A stretch of 64,000 nucleotides of DNA from Alphaproteobacteria bacterium (GTDB taxonomy: Bacteria; Pseudomonadota; Alphaproteobacteria; UBA7887), in the NCBI GenBank assembly GCA_965200095.1, contig OZ241350.1, positions 694,853 through 758,852 of the forward strand. Reading direction: 5' to 3'. The first letter of the stretch is position 1; each line of letters opens with the position of its first letter. The notes beneath the pieces were generated by a model. The model had not been told where the DNA came from. It saw only the letters and a list, made by a program, of their open reading frames with translations, and did not search any database. Made by a program: the position numbers and the translations under genes. Below are positions 9,986-20,489 of this stretch, piece by piece.

Positions 9986-12900
9986 ATGCCGAGAATCGAC
10001 CTTGTCATCCGTCGCATCCGCCGCGGCGGTTTCGCGGCCGCGCTCCTTGCGTCGCTTCTTCCCGCGTCCGACGGGGCGCATGCGCAAGCGGCGGCCTGCA
10101 CGCCGACGCAAACGGTCAGCGCGCAGGCGGACGCGAACGGCGTCTACACCACCACGCTGACCTGCGCGGACACTTCCGCGGCGGCGGGGGCGGCGGACTA
10201 CCGGCAGCTCCACTACAACCATGGCGCCGCATACGGGACGAACCCGGCCGACCGCGACGCGAACCTCGCGAACAACAACGCTTACAATAACCTGGCCCTC
10301 ACGATCGGGCGCGGCGTGATATTCACCGCCGACGGCTACAACGACAACAGGCTCACGGTCACGGACGGCGCCATCCTCCTGTGGAACGCCGGCGCCAAGA
10401 CCGTAACCATGGAGGACGGCGCCGTCATCAAGCTCGAACGGACGCCGGCCTACTGGACAGCGACGGATCCGGACCGCCCGATGTCCGCGACGCCCCAATA
10501 CGACCCGGCATGGTACCCGACCTGGCGGCACGCCCTGGACAACCTCGTCGGCATCGGCGCCTATTCGTATACCGGCGCGGACGGCGACGCGGACATCACG
10601 ATCGGGCACCACGGCGTCATCGACATCGACATCGACATCGGCGGCACCTACGGGAAGAACGGGTATTACGACGCCAGCGCCGGCCGCGCCATCGATGTGC
10701 AGGTAAAGGACACCGGCGGCGCCTCCGCCGCGCGCGCCGACCTCGACGTTCTCATCGAGATGGGGGCCACCGGCGTCATCCGGCATGTCGAGGGCTCCGA
10801 CGGCCTGAGCGGCATCTACGTGGAGAACTTCAGCGAGGAGGGAGACATCAGGATCGACCTGGCCGAAGGCTCGCTGATCGACGTCTCCGAAGGGGGCGGC
10901 TACGGCGTCACGGCGCTGCTTCGCAGGGACGCCGCCAACAACAACGGCCAGCGAACCGGCGACCTCATCGTCAACGCAGCCGGAACGATCAGGGCGGCCG
11001 CGAGGAGCCGGGTGCAAAGCTTCCAGCACGGCTACGGCATTTTCGCCGACCAGGGCGGACACACCGGCCGGGTTCGCGTCGTCTCGTCGGGAACCATCGA
11101 GACCGTGCAGGGCCCCGCCATCGACGCGAGGGCATGGAGAAGCACCCAGACGCACCGCGACGACCCCGACACCGCGGAGATCGAAGGGCACATCGTCGAC
11201 GTAACGGCCGGGACGATGGAGACCCGGGGGACCACCGCCGTCTACGCCTCCACCGGCAGCGCCAACTCCCACATGACGGTCCGGGTGGCGGAGGGCGCCA
11301 CCGTCCGCGCCCAGGCGCTCACGGACGAGGACTATGCGAACGGCGCCCTCACGCAGGAAACCCTGGGGGCCGACGGAAGCCCATACATCATTTCCGGCAT
11401 CTACCGCTATCACGGATGGCGGAGAGTGGACGTGGAGCAGACGACCGACAGCGGCGCGACCGTGACGGTGAAGCGGCTGGAGCCGATCATTACCGGCATC
11501 GCGGTCCGCGATTTCTCGTCGAGTCCCAACGCCGACGGCTTGAGGGACCAGGTGCTCGTCGACGGGACTGTCGAAACGGTCGGCGGCAAGGCCGGCGTGG
11601 ACCCCGCCATCTGGCTGGAGAGCGGCGGGCTGGTTACCGTCGGGGCGAACGGGCGCGTCAGCGCGGACTCCGGCATTGCGATTTCGGGCGGGTGCTTCAC
11701 CGATTACCGCAAGGTCGATTTCGTCAACATAGATTCGCCGGTCGATTGCGACACGGCAGCGCCCCGCACCCTCGAGGTGAGGGTGGCCGGGACGGTCGAA
11801 GGCGACATCCGCGTGCTCGACGACGGCGTCCTGAATTTCAGGTCGATGGAAGGCGGGACGGTCGCGGGCACGGTGCACGACCCCGCCGGCCCGCTGACGG
11901 TGGCGGGCAGCGTCGGGCGTCTGCTTTACACCGACGGCGGCGCGGTGACGGTGACAGGCACGGGGCGCCTCACCGGCGTCGACGGCGTGGCGTTGCGCAG
12001 CGAGTCGGGCGATCTGAGCCTGACCGTTGCCGACAAGGGCGTGGTTACGGGCGATGTCCAGGCGCGCGGCGGCGGCCGGCTGATGCTGGATGTGAGGGAA
12101 GGCGGGACGATTTCGGGAACGGCGCACGACCCCGTTGGCCCGTTGACGGTGGCCGGCAGCATTGGACGCCTTCTCTACACGTCCGGCGGCGCGGTGACGG
12201 TGACGGGCACGGGGCGTCTCACCGGCGTCGACGGCGTGGCGTTGCGCAGCGAGTCGGGCGATCTGAGCCTGACCGTTGCCGGCATGGGCGTGGTTGCGGG
12301 CGATGTCCAGGCGCGCGGCGGCGGCAAACTGACGCTGGATGTGAGGGAAGGCGGGACGATTTCGGGAACGGCGCACGACCCCGTTGGCCCGTTGACGGTG
12401 GCCGGCAGCATCGGGCGTCTGCTTTACACCGACGGCGGCGCGGTGACGGTGACGGGCGCGGGGCGTCTCACCGGCGTCGACGGCGTGGCGTTGCGCAGCG
12501 AGTCGGGCGATCTGAGCCTGACGGTGGCCGGCATGGGCATGGTTACGGGCGATGTCCAGGCGCGCGGGGGCGGCCGGCTGACCCTGGACCTGAAGGAAGG
12601 CGGGACGATTTCGGGGACGGTGCACGACCCCGCCGGCCCGCTGACGGTGGCCGGGAGCATCGGGCGGGTGCTCTACAGTTCGGGCGGCGCGGTGACGGTG
12701 ACGGGCGCGGGGCGCCTCACCGGCGTCGATGGCGTGGCGTTGCGCAGCGAGTCGGGCGATTTGAGCCTGACCGTTGCCGACAAGGGCATGGTGACCGGCG
12801 ATGTCCGGGCGCGCGGGGGCGGCCGGTTGACCCTGGACCTGAAGGAAGGCGGGACGATTTCGGGGACGGTGCATGACCCCGTCGGCCCGCTGACGGTGGC

Positions 12901-14737
12901 GGGCAGCATTGGACGCCTCCTCTATGCCGACGGCGCCGCGGTAACGGTGACGGACACGGGGCGCCTCACCGGCGTGGATGGCGTGGCGCTGCGCAGCGAC
13001 GCCGGCGACATCGACCTGACGGTGGCCGGCCTGGCGACGGGCGACATCGACGCGCGCGGCGACGGCGACCTGACGGTCGCGGTGTCGGGGACGGTCGACG
13101 GCGACATTTTCGGGCGCGGCGCGGGCGAACACACAGTGACGGTGGCGCGCGGCGGCGCGGTAACCGGGACCGTGGACCTCGGCGCGAGCACTGTGACGAC
13201 GGACGGCGCCGTGGGGCGGGTTCGTTTCGAGCGCGGCGGCGCGGCGACGGTAGGTTCGACGGGCCGGATTTCCGGTATCGACGGCGTCGCGGTCGACAGC
13301 CGTTCGGGCGACCTGACGGTGACGGTGGCCGGCCTGGCGATGGGCGACATCGACGGGCGCGGCGGCGGCGACCTGACGGTCATGGTGTCGGGTAGGGTCG
13401 ACGGCGATGTCTTCGGACGCGAAGCCGGCGAACACGAGGTGACGGTGGCGCGCGGCGGCGCGATAACCGGGACCGTCGACCTTGCCGGCGACGGCGCTGT
13501 GACGGTGGAGGGCATGGCGGGGAGGATTGACTTCGAGCGCGACGGCGCCGTGACGGTGGGGCCGGAGGGCCGCATCTCCGGCAGAGACGGCGTGTCGATA
13601 GAGAGCCGTTCGGGCGCCCCGGCGGTGACCATCGTGGCGTCGGCGGGCGAGTCGCTGCGCGATGCGGTGGGGCGCGTCGGCGGGGCGATCGTCGCAGCCG
13701 AGGGCGAGCCTTCGGTGATGCTCGGCCGCGAGGGCGAGACGGGGTCGATAACGCTCGGCGGGCTCGGAACGGCGCGCTCGATCCCCGAAGGCGCCTACGA
13801 TGTGGGCGTGGTGCGCACGGCGTCGGGCGCGTTGCGCGCGGTGAGCCGGCTGGCGGCGCGCACCCGCGTCTACGAGGCTCTGCCGTCGCTGCTTCTGGGG
13901 ATGGAGCGCACGGCGTCGCACGCCGACCGTGCGGCGGCGCCCCGCGCGTCGGACGGGACGTGGGCGCGCGTCGATGCGTCGCGGGGGTCGTGGGAGGCGG
14001 CGAGTTCGGCCAATGCGGGGACCGGCTACGACCGTCGCGGTTTCTCGTTCCAGGCCGGCCTGGACGCGGTCCTGAGCGAGGAGACGCGCGCGGGTCTGTC
14101 GGTCCACTGGCGCCGGGCGACGGCGGAGGTGTCGCGCAACGGCGGCGAGATCGAGGCCCGGGGCGCGGGCGTGGGTCTGTCGGCAACATGGTCTCCGGGG
14201 CCGTTCTTCGTGGACGGCCAGGCGGCGGCGACGCTCTACGATGCGGACCTGAAATCGACGCTGCGCGGGAGGCTGAAGGACGATGTCGGGGCGCAGGGCC
14301 TTTCGGCGGCGCTGGAGGCGGGGCGCACGGTTCCCGTGGCCGAGGGCGTTACGGTGACGCCGCGGGCGCGGGTGGCCTGGTCGTCGCTGTCGCTTTCGGG
14401 CTTCGTCGACGACGCGGCGGGGGCGCGGGTGTCTCTGGACCGGGGCCGGAGTTTGACCGGTCGCGCCGGGGCGCTGGCGGAGCGCGTCCTGGGCGAAGGG
14501 GGCCGCATCTTCGGCTCGGTGGATGTGGAGCGCGAGTTCTCGGCGGAGACGCGGATGTCGGTCGCGGGGACATCGCTGGAGACGGCGGGCGAGGAGACGC
14601 GCTATATGGTCGGGGTCGGCGGCGAGCATGGCTGGGAGGATGGCCGCTTCGCGCTGCGCGGCGCGCTGGACTATGCGATGTCCGGCGGCGATGCGCGCGA
14701 CTACGGTGCCCGCGCCAGCCTCTCGATGCGCTTCTGA
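9986..14737 (+). CDS. autotransporter (type Va) adhesin-like protein with repetitive passenger domain
   Basis: ATG 9986 followed by signal peptide MPRIDLVIRRIRRGGFAAALLASLLPASDGAHAQAA. Gly/Thr/Val-rich beta-helix-like passenger. C-terminal roughly 270-aa autotransporter beta-barrel ending ...YGARASLSMRF (terminal aromatic). Confidence 0.85.
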   Translation: MPRIDLVIRRIRRGGFAAALLASLLPASDGAHAQAAACTPTQTVSAQADANGVYTTTLTCADTSAAAGAADYRQLHYNHGAAYGTNPADRDANLANNNAYNNLALTIGRGVIFTADGYNDNRLTVTDGAILLWNAGAKTVTMEDGAVIKLERTPAYWTATDPDRPMSATPQYDPAWYPTWRHALDNLVGIGAYSYTGADGDADITIGHHGVIDIDIDIGGTYGKNGYYDASAGRAIDVQVKDTGGASAARADLDVLIEMGATGVIRHVEGSDGLSGIYVENFSEEGDIRIDLAEGSLIDVSEGGGYGVTALLRRDAANNNGQRTGDLIVNAAGTIRAAARSRVQSFQHGYGIFADQGGHTGRVRVVSSGTIETVQGPAIDARAWRSTQTHRDDPDTAEIEGHIVDVTAGTMETRGTTAVYASTGSANSHMTVRVAEGATVRAQALTDEDYANGALTQETLGADGSPYIISGIYRYHGWRRVDVEQTTDSGATVTVKRLEPIITGIAVRDFSSSPNADGLRDQVLVDGTVETVGGKAGVDPAIWLESGGLVTVGANGRVSADSGIAISGGCFTDYRKVDFVNIDSPVDCDTAAPRTLEVRVAGTVEGDIRVLDDGVLNFRSMEGGTVAGTVHDPAGPLTVAGSVGRLLYTDGGAVTVTGTGRLTGVDGVALRSESGDLSLTVADKGVVTGDVQARGGGRLMLDVREGGTISGTAHDPVGPLTVAGSIGRLLYTSGGAVTVTGTGRLTGVDGVALRSESGDLSLTVAGMGVVAGDVQARGGGKLTLDVREGGTISGTAHDPVGPLTVAGSIGRLLYTDGGAVTVTGAGRLTGVDGVALRSESGDLSLTVAGMGMVTGDVQARGGGRLTLDLKEGGTISGTVHDPAGPLTVAGSIGRVLYSSGGAVTVTGAGRLTGVDGVALRSESGDLSLTVADKGMVTGDVRARGGGRLTLDLKEGGTISGTVHDPVGPLTVAGSIGRLLYADGAAVTVTDTGRLTGVDGVALRSDAGDIDLTVAGLATGDIDARGDGDLTVAVSGTVDGDIFGRGAGEHTVTVARGGAVTGTVDLGASTVTTDGAVGRVRFERGGAATVGSTGRISGIDGVAVDSRSGDLTVTVAGLAMGDIDGRGGGDLTVMVSGRVDGDVFGREAGEHEVTVARGGAITGTVDLAGDGAVTVEGMAGRIDFERDGAVTVGPEGRISGRDGVSIESRSGAPAVTIVASAGESLRDAVGRVGGAIVAAEGEPSVMLGREGETGSITLGGLGTARSIPEGAYDVGVVRTASGALRAVSRLAARTRVYEALPSLLLGMERTASHADRAAAPRASDGTWARVDASRGSWEAASSANAGTGYDRRGFSFQAGLDAVLSEETRAGLSVHWRRATAEVSRNGGEIEARGAGVGLSATWSPGPFFVDGQAAATLYDADLKSTLRGRLKDDVGAQGLSAALEAGRTVPVAEGVTVTPRARVAWSSLSLSGFVDDAAGARVSLDRGRSLTGRAGALAERVLGEGGRIFGSVDVEREFSAETRMSVAGTSLETAGEETRYMVGVGGEHGWEDGRFALRGALDYAMSGGDARDYGARASLSMRF
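11852..13030. repeat. 249-bp (83-aa) tandem repeats, about 4.7 copies, inside the autotransporter passenger domain
   Basis: Unit GGTISGTAHDPVGPLTVAGSIGRLLYTDGGAVTVTGTGRLTGVDGVALRSESGDLSLTVAGMGVVTGDVQARGGGRLTLDVRE starts at 11852, 12101, 12350, 12599 and 12848. Antisense ORFs of 237 nt recur every 249 nt. Confidence 0.8.
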
Positions 14738-14937
14738 CCGCCGCCGTTGCGTCATATCCGGGGTTTCGCGTCGGCCGGCGGGCGCGCCGACCGCCATGAC
14801 GGGAACCGGCGGCGCGAAAAGGTCGACGCGGCCTGCGGCGCCTGTTCGTCGGCGGCGCCATGACGGCGGTTCGCCACGCCGTTCGCCGAAGAACCGAAAG
14901 AGTATGAGAAGCCCGGGCTAATTCTCAACGTCTGCGC

Positions 14938-16188
14938 TTATAGCCGCGTCCGTCCAGGCCAGTACGCCGAGACATCGAATTCAAACAACTCTTTTTTTGA
15001 ATTACGCTTCCGAATGGCCCTGCATTTAATATTCTCAAATTCCAAACGTTCCAGCATCGCAGCGTATATCTGCTCTACGGGCAGTAACACGTCATAAAAT
15101 TTGGAATTCCCGACAATATAATGCAATTCGGCGCTGTCGTTCAACATTGGAATCAGTGAGTTGAAGTGCTTCCACATATCCTCGATATATTTCGCTACAT
15201 AGTTCGCCAATATCTTTCCACTCTTGTTATCGCTGCGCGCTATTCCGTCCAACGCGGTATCGATCATCGGATGTCCGAACGCCCCCGGCGGACGTTCCCA
15301 GTCCCCCAACCTGCTGGTTGCAATGCCCCATGTGCCGCCTATCGCCGACCAGTCCAGCTCGCCGGCATCCCGGCTATTTTGTAGAAAACCAAGCCAGTAC
15401 ATATACGGTCGCAGCTCACGGATATACGACATCCGGTTCGCATATGGCGGAGACGTAATCACCAGATCGAAAAACCCTTCCACGCACTTCGGTAACATTC
15501 TCGCGTCCCCGAATACGACGTGGCTCATTCCCTCCGGGCTTTCTTCCGCACCTCCCAATACGACTCGCACGTCTTCGCGAAATACGTCGCCCATATCGAT
15601 CTCGAACGGGATATACAATTGATCATCATACTTAAAGGACATCGACTGGTGGTTGAAGGCCGCGTTAGACAGTGCGATCAGAGTTCTGCAGAATGCCACC
15701 AGCAGCAGATCGCGTTCCGGAGATTTCGGTTCGCTCTCCACCTCAATGCCGGCCTTGAGTTTGCAAAGAAATTCCAAAGCATCCGGACGCCACCACCTCT
15801 CGATATTGCGAATAGGAGGGGCCGCCGCGGCGCCAACCGTTCCCCGCTTTACAACTCCGATGATCCGGTCGCATGCGCTGCGAACTGCGTCTATCGCGGC
15901 TCCAGTGTATCGTGTCGTCTTCGCCCGACCGAACCAAATCAGGAACGGATTGATATCCGTTGTCACCCCTTCGTGTCCATGATACGCAGCACTTAACGCT
16001 GTTGTCGCTGTTCCGCAGAATGGGTCCAAAACTCTTAACGGCTGCTCATGCCGCTCCGTCAATTCCTCGACCATCTTGACGGAGTATGCCGGTGTGAGCC
16101 GCAGCCAGCCATGACGCCCGATGTTCGTGTTGAACTTATGCGTGTAGTCGGCTCTCTGTCGCAGCTTTTCGCCATGAACCACGCTCAT
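14938..16188 (-). CDS. DNA methyltransferase (N6-adenine/N4-cytosine amino-MTase, SPPY motif)
   Basis: 416 aa. Motif I-like VLDPFCGTATTA near the N-terminus and motif IV LVITSPPYANR in the middle. Low GC. ATGA overlap with the downstream gene. Confidence 0.8.
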   Translation of the reverse strand: MSVVHGEKLRQRADYTHKFNTNIGRHGWLRLTPAYSVKMVEELTERHEQPLRVLDPFCGTATTALSAAYHGHEGVTTDINPFLIWFGRAKTTRYTGAAIDAVRSACDRIIGVVKRGTVGAAAAPPIRNIERWWRPDALEFLCKLKAGIEVESEPKSPERDLLLVAFCRTLIALSNAAFNHQSMSFKYDDQLYIPFEIDMGDVFREDVRVVLGGAEESPEGMSHVVFGDARMLPKCVEGFFDLVITSPPYANRMSYIRELRPYMYWLGFLQNSRDAGELDWSAIGGTWGIATSRLGDWERPPGAFGHPMIDTALDGIARSDNKSGKILANYVAKYIEDMWKHFNSLIPMLNDSAELHYIVGNSKFYDVLLPVEQIYAAMLERLEFENIKCRAIRKRNSKKELFEFDVSAYWPGRTRL

Positions 16189-16874
16189 GTCGCCTCCGGA
16201 GACAAAAGAACGTTCAGAACTGTATCTATTTCTTGACGGAGAATGGATCTGTTCCGCTCAAAAAACGCCGCCAAATCATATCCAACGACGTCGCGCATGA
16301 AATCATAGGTCGATATCGAGGGATCTCCCGCACCCATGACCCCGGTGATAACCGACCATTTTTCAGAGCGATATCGCATCAATATATCCCCGTCGATTTG
16401 CCCCGACAAAATCACGGCGCAAGGGAGGTAACCCTTCGTATAAGCTGTGGCTGCGTTTGCGATATCCGCATTCTGCCGCTTGGAATCTTTGCTCTTGTAT
16501 CCCTGTCGCACTTCAAAAACCGCGCCCGTCAACCCCTCTAGAACATCATCGTCAACGTCCAGCATCTTCGCGGAGTTACGCATCCATCGATGAAACGAAT
16601 TTCGCTTGTCGTTATCACCGATTCTTTCGAGAGGAACTCGGCCGTCCATATACAATGTCCGCTTCCGGCCGCTCGTCGATGTTACCCGATACGACCAAAT
16701 CACGTCTTTCTCAGACAGCCCCAGAAAATCTTTTATGGCGCGGCGAAAGACTTTTTCGCAGCCAATCCCGATCTGGCGATAAATGCTTGTCATTCCGCCC
16801 GCTGCCCTGTGGGCGGCGTACATCATGGGATTGTCCAGGCCGAACCAGCTGTAGAAAACGTCTTTTCGATACAT
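16185..16874 (-). CDS. putative type II restriction endonuclease (partner of the MTase)
   Basis: 229-aa low-GC ORF immediately upstream of the MTase, translationally coupled (ATGA), with a good SD (AGGAG). No recognisable family. Call rests on operon context and a possible PD-(D/E)xK-like DVDDDVLEGLTGAVFEVRQGYK. Confidence 0.45.
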   Translation of the reverse strand: MYRKDVFYSWFGLDNPMMYAAHRAAGGMTSIYRQIGIGCEKVFRRAIKDFLGLSEKDVIWSYRVTSTSGRKRTLYMDGRVPLERIGDNDKRNSFHRWMRNSAKMLDVDDDVLEGLTGAVFEVRQGYKSKDSKRQNADIANAATAYTKGYLPCAVILSGQIDGDILMRYRSEKWSVITGVMGAGDPSISTYDFMRDVVGYDLAAFFERNRSILRQEIDTVLNVLLSPEAT

Positions 16875-16889
16875 CTCCTGGAATTGGTT

Positions 16890-18072
16890 TAGTGTCCCGC
16901 TTCTGAAGTTCGCATGATAATGTGTGTGATTATGTGGCTTGTGTGGAGGTCATGGGATGGGGCGTCGTGCGGGTCGGCCGGTTGCGTCCGTGGTGTTGAG
17001 CGACGAAGAGCGGTCGTATCTTGAGCGCCGGGTTCGCGGTCGTCGCGTTGGGCGTGCGCTTGCGGAGCGTTGCCGCATCGTCCTGCGTTGCGCCGATGGT
17101 TTGACGAACAAGGCGGTTGCTGCGGAAGTCGGCGTGCATGAACACACTGTCGGCAAGTGGCGTCGTCGTTTCCTGAAGGATCGCGTTGAGGGGTTGTCGG
17201 ACGCACCGCGTTCGGGGCGTCCGCGCAGCATAGAAGACGCCCGGGTGGCCGAGGTTGTCCGGCGGACGCTCGACGCGTCGCCGGTCGACGCCACCCATTG
17301 GTCGATCCGCTCGATGGCCCGGGAAGTGGGGCTTTCCCCGGCGTCGGTGCAACGGATCTGGAAGGCGTTCGGTCTGCAACCGCACCGGTCGGAGACGTTC
17401 AAGCTTTCCGGCGACCCGCAGTTCGTGGACAAGGCGCCGACATTGTCGGCCTCTATCTGTCGCCGCCGGATCGCGCGCCGGTGCTCTGCGTCGACGAAAA
17501 GAGCCGGATACAGGCGCTCGACCGCACCCGGCCCGTCCTGCCCATGACGCCGGGCATGGCCGAGAGGCGAACCCACGACTATCGGCGCAACGGGACGACC
17601 TCGCTGTTCGCCGCCCTCGACATCGCCACCGGTTTCGTTATCGGCAAGTGCTACAGGCGTTATCGGTCCCGGGAGTTCCTCTCCTTCCTCAAGGAAATCG
17701 ACGCCCATGTTCCCGATGACCTCGATATTCACATCGTCATGGACAACTACGCCACCCACAAGACCGCAGCGGTGAAATCCTGGATGGCGCGGCGTCCGCG
17801 CTATCGTGTTCACTTCACGCCGACCTCGGCGTCCTGGATCAATCGGGTGGAACGCCGGTTCGCCGAACTGACGCGCAAGCAGCTGCAAAGGGGCGCGCAT
17901 AACTCGACGAAACAGCTTGAAGCGGATATCCGCTCTTTTATCGACAAGCACAACCGGAACCCCAAACCCTTCAGGTGGACGAAATCCGCCGACGACATCC
18001 TCGCATCCGTCAAGCGCTTCTGCCATCGCGTCGAGCATACCCTATGCCACGAACTTTAGAGGCAGGACACTA
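16890..18072 (+). mobile_element. IS630-family insertion sequence, copy A
   Basis: 22-bp terminal IRs tagtgtcccgcttctgaagttcgc / rc tagtgtcctgcctctaaagttcgt, flanked by TA. Transposase in two overlapping frames. Identical copy inverted at 60684-61867. Confidence 0.85.
16939..18059 (+). CDS. IS630-family transposase (two overlapping frames, frameshift or pseudogene)
   Basis: N-terminal HTH (VGVHEHTVGKWRRRF) and a C-terminal DDE domain (HIVMDNYATHK ... SWINRVERRF). Confidence 0.8.
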
Positions 18073-18074
18073 GC

Positions 18075-18923
18075 CCAGGACTCATAACCGGAATATGACG
18101 GTTGCGGCGATGCAGATGGCGCTGAAGAAGGTGTGCGCGCAGCGGTCGTATCGCGTGGCAATGCGTCGCCAGTCCTTGAGCCGACCGAACATGCGCTCGA
18201 CGAGGTTGCGTTGCCTGTAGAGCCCGGCGTCGCAGGCGACCGGCTTCTTGCGGTGCGCCCGCCCGGGGATGCAGGGGGCGATTCCCCGTCCCTCCAGGGC
18301 TTCGCGGAAGCGGTCGCTGTCGTAGCCCTTGTCGCCAATCGGGACATCGGCGTCCGGCGGCAAGGCGTTGAACATCATCGCGGCTCCGCGATGGTCGCTG
18401 ACCTGCCCTTCGGTCAGCAGCATGATCGGGGGCTTGCCGTCGCCGTCGCAGACCGCGTGCAGTTTCGAGTTGAGGCCGCCCCGGGTGCGTCCGATACAGC
18501 GCGAAAGAGCCCCTTTTTTAGCAGACTGGCTGCGGTGCGGTGCGCCTTCAGATGGGTGGCGTCGATTATCGCTGTCCCCGTCGCCCGGCCCTCCGCCGCC
18601 AGGGCCGCGAAGATGCGGTTGAAGACGCCGGCCTCGCTCCACCGCACGAAGCGGTTGTAGAGGGTCTTGTGGGGACCGTATTCGGAGGGCGCGTGACGCC
18701 GGATGAGGCCGTATCGGATCACGTGGATGATGCCGGAGATGACGCGCCGGTCATCGACCCGGGGCACGCCGCGGACCTTGTTGGGCAGCAGCGGCCGGAT
18801 GCGGTCGAATTGAGCCTCGGAGAGCCAGACTTGGTGGTCGGACATGGTGCACCCCCTGTATCTGGTGGCAGCACACCACATACCCCAACCCAACGCAACC
18901 CCCTTTATGGGTACTGAGCCTGG
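18075..18923 (-). mobile_element. IS5-family IS, copy 2 (abuts IS630 copy A)
   Basis: Same IRs and ORFs as copy 1; proteins about 99% identical to copy 3. Confidence 0.85.
18082..18845 (-). CDS. IS5-family transposase OrfAB (frameshifted)
   Basis: MSDHQVWLSEAQFDRIRPLLPNKVRG... / ...DKGYDSDRFREALEGRGIAPCIPGR... Confidence 0.8.
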
Positions 18924-19316
18924 TCGCCGAGCGTTGAAGATACGCCGCGAAATCGCGGAACGTTTTCGTCTTCTTGATATCGAGAAGACGGAAAGACTCG
19001 CTGAAGGAATTACGCCCTTCCAGCGTGCGGGTCACGAGTGCATGACCGAAGCGGCGTCCGACGCGCATCTTGAGAGTTGGATAGAAATTCCCGCCGCTCG
19101 GTCGCGGACGCGATCGCAACCGTTCAAGCTCGGCGTCGTATGCGATATGGAATTGCCGTTCGGTGAGATCTCCAACATCGTAAATGCGGCGCAAGATAAC
19201 CAGTGTGCTTACCTTGAAGCGCAGGGCGATTCAATGAAGCGATGGGCCATAGGGGGTGACAGGATTTTCGGGACGATATACAAGGTGTTGTGGGTTTGGT
19301 TTCGAGGGTGTCCAGG

Positions 19317-20481
19317 ATGTCGGCTTCCGAGGGTTCGGGCGAGAGTTTGTGGGATGTTTTGGGCGAGATACCGGATCGCCGCGGGGCGAAGGGGCGTCGG
19401 TATTCGTTGCGTTCGGTTCTGGTTCTGACGCTTGCGGCGATGCTTTCGGGGGCCAACGACCTGCGCGCGGTGTATCGCTGGGGCCGTCGGCTGCCGGAGG
19501 ATGCGTTGTCTGTTCTGGGTCTGTCGGATGCTCCGCGCCATGCGACGTATCGCTATTTTTTCAAGGCGCTGGATGTGGAGGCGGCGGAGCGTGTGCTGGG
19601 GTCGTGGGCTTGCGGCTGCGATGCTCCGGGTCATGTTGCTCTGGACGGCAAGCGCCTGCGGAGCAGCGCGCCGGCGGGTCACGACGGGCGCAAGGGGGTT
19701 CATCTTGTGTCGGCGTTTGCCGGTCGTCCGGGGGCTGTGATTGGGCAGTTGCGGGTTGCGCCGGAGGGCAACGAGGCGACGGCGGCTCTGGCGTTGCTCA
19801 AGCGTCTGCCTCTCAAGGGTGCGGTTGTGACCGGCGATGCGGCGTTTTGCCGGCGCGCCCTGTGCGAGGCGATCCGCGACGGGGGCGGCGACTATTTGTT
19901 CGCCGTCAAGGCGAACCGGCCGGGTTCGATGTCCGACATCGCCGTTTCCTTCGGCGATGCTTTTCCCCCCTGAGCTGAACGCGGCGCTGGGCGGCGCTTC
20001 GCCGCAGGCCCTCCTGGCCGCCCCGCCGCCCGACGTCGAATATGCCGAGACCGTGGAGAAGGGCCATAGCCGCATCGAGATGCGCCGCCTTGCGCTGTCG
20101 TGCGAGGTCGTGCCCCATCGGCCGGGTGCGGCCCGGGTCTGCCGCATCGAGCGGACCTGTGAGCGCGCCGGCAAGACCTCCCGCGCGGTTTCCTGGGCGG
20201 TGACGAGCCTGCCCCGGGCCCGCGCCGGCCCGGAAGAGCTGCTCGCTCTCGTCCGCGAGCACTGGGGCATCGAAAACCGCCTCCACTACCGCCGCGATGT
20301 CGCCTTGCGCGAGGATGCGAGCCGTATCCGCGCCGGCAACGCGCCGCAGGCGCTGGCGGCGTTGCGGAACACCATGCTGCGGCTTGTGCATTCCCTGCCG
20401 GGTCCGCTTGCCGCGATCCGCGAAGCCTTCGCGGAAGACCGTCCCCACGCCATCGCCACCGCAAAATACGGGGTTCTTTGA
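19317..20481 (+). pseudogene. ISAs1-family (H-repeat-associated) transposase, split into two frames
   Basis: N-terminal ESLWDVLGEIPDRRGAKGRRYSLRSVLVLTLAAMLSGANDLRAVYRWGR and C-terminal EHWGIENRLHYRRDVALREDASRIRAGNAP are ISAs1 hallmarks. The reading frame breaks around 19840-19970. Confidence 0.7.
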
Positions 20482-20489
20482 ATTGCCCT

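Noticed and set aside
9932-14797. 1621-aa minus-strand ORF antisense to the autotransporter (and repeated 78-aa minus ORFs at 11926-12909)
   Set aside because: Mirror artefacts of the repetitive high-GC autotransporter gene. The products are Arg/Pro-rich with no domain content. The 78-aa ORFs simply recur every 249 bp with the repeats.
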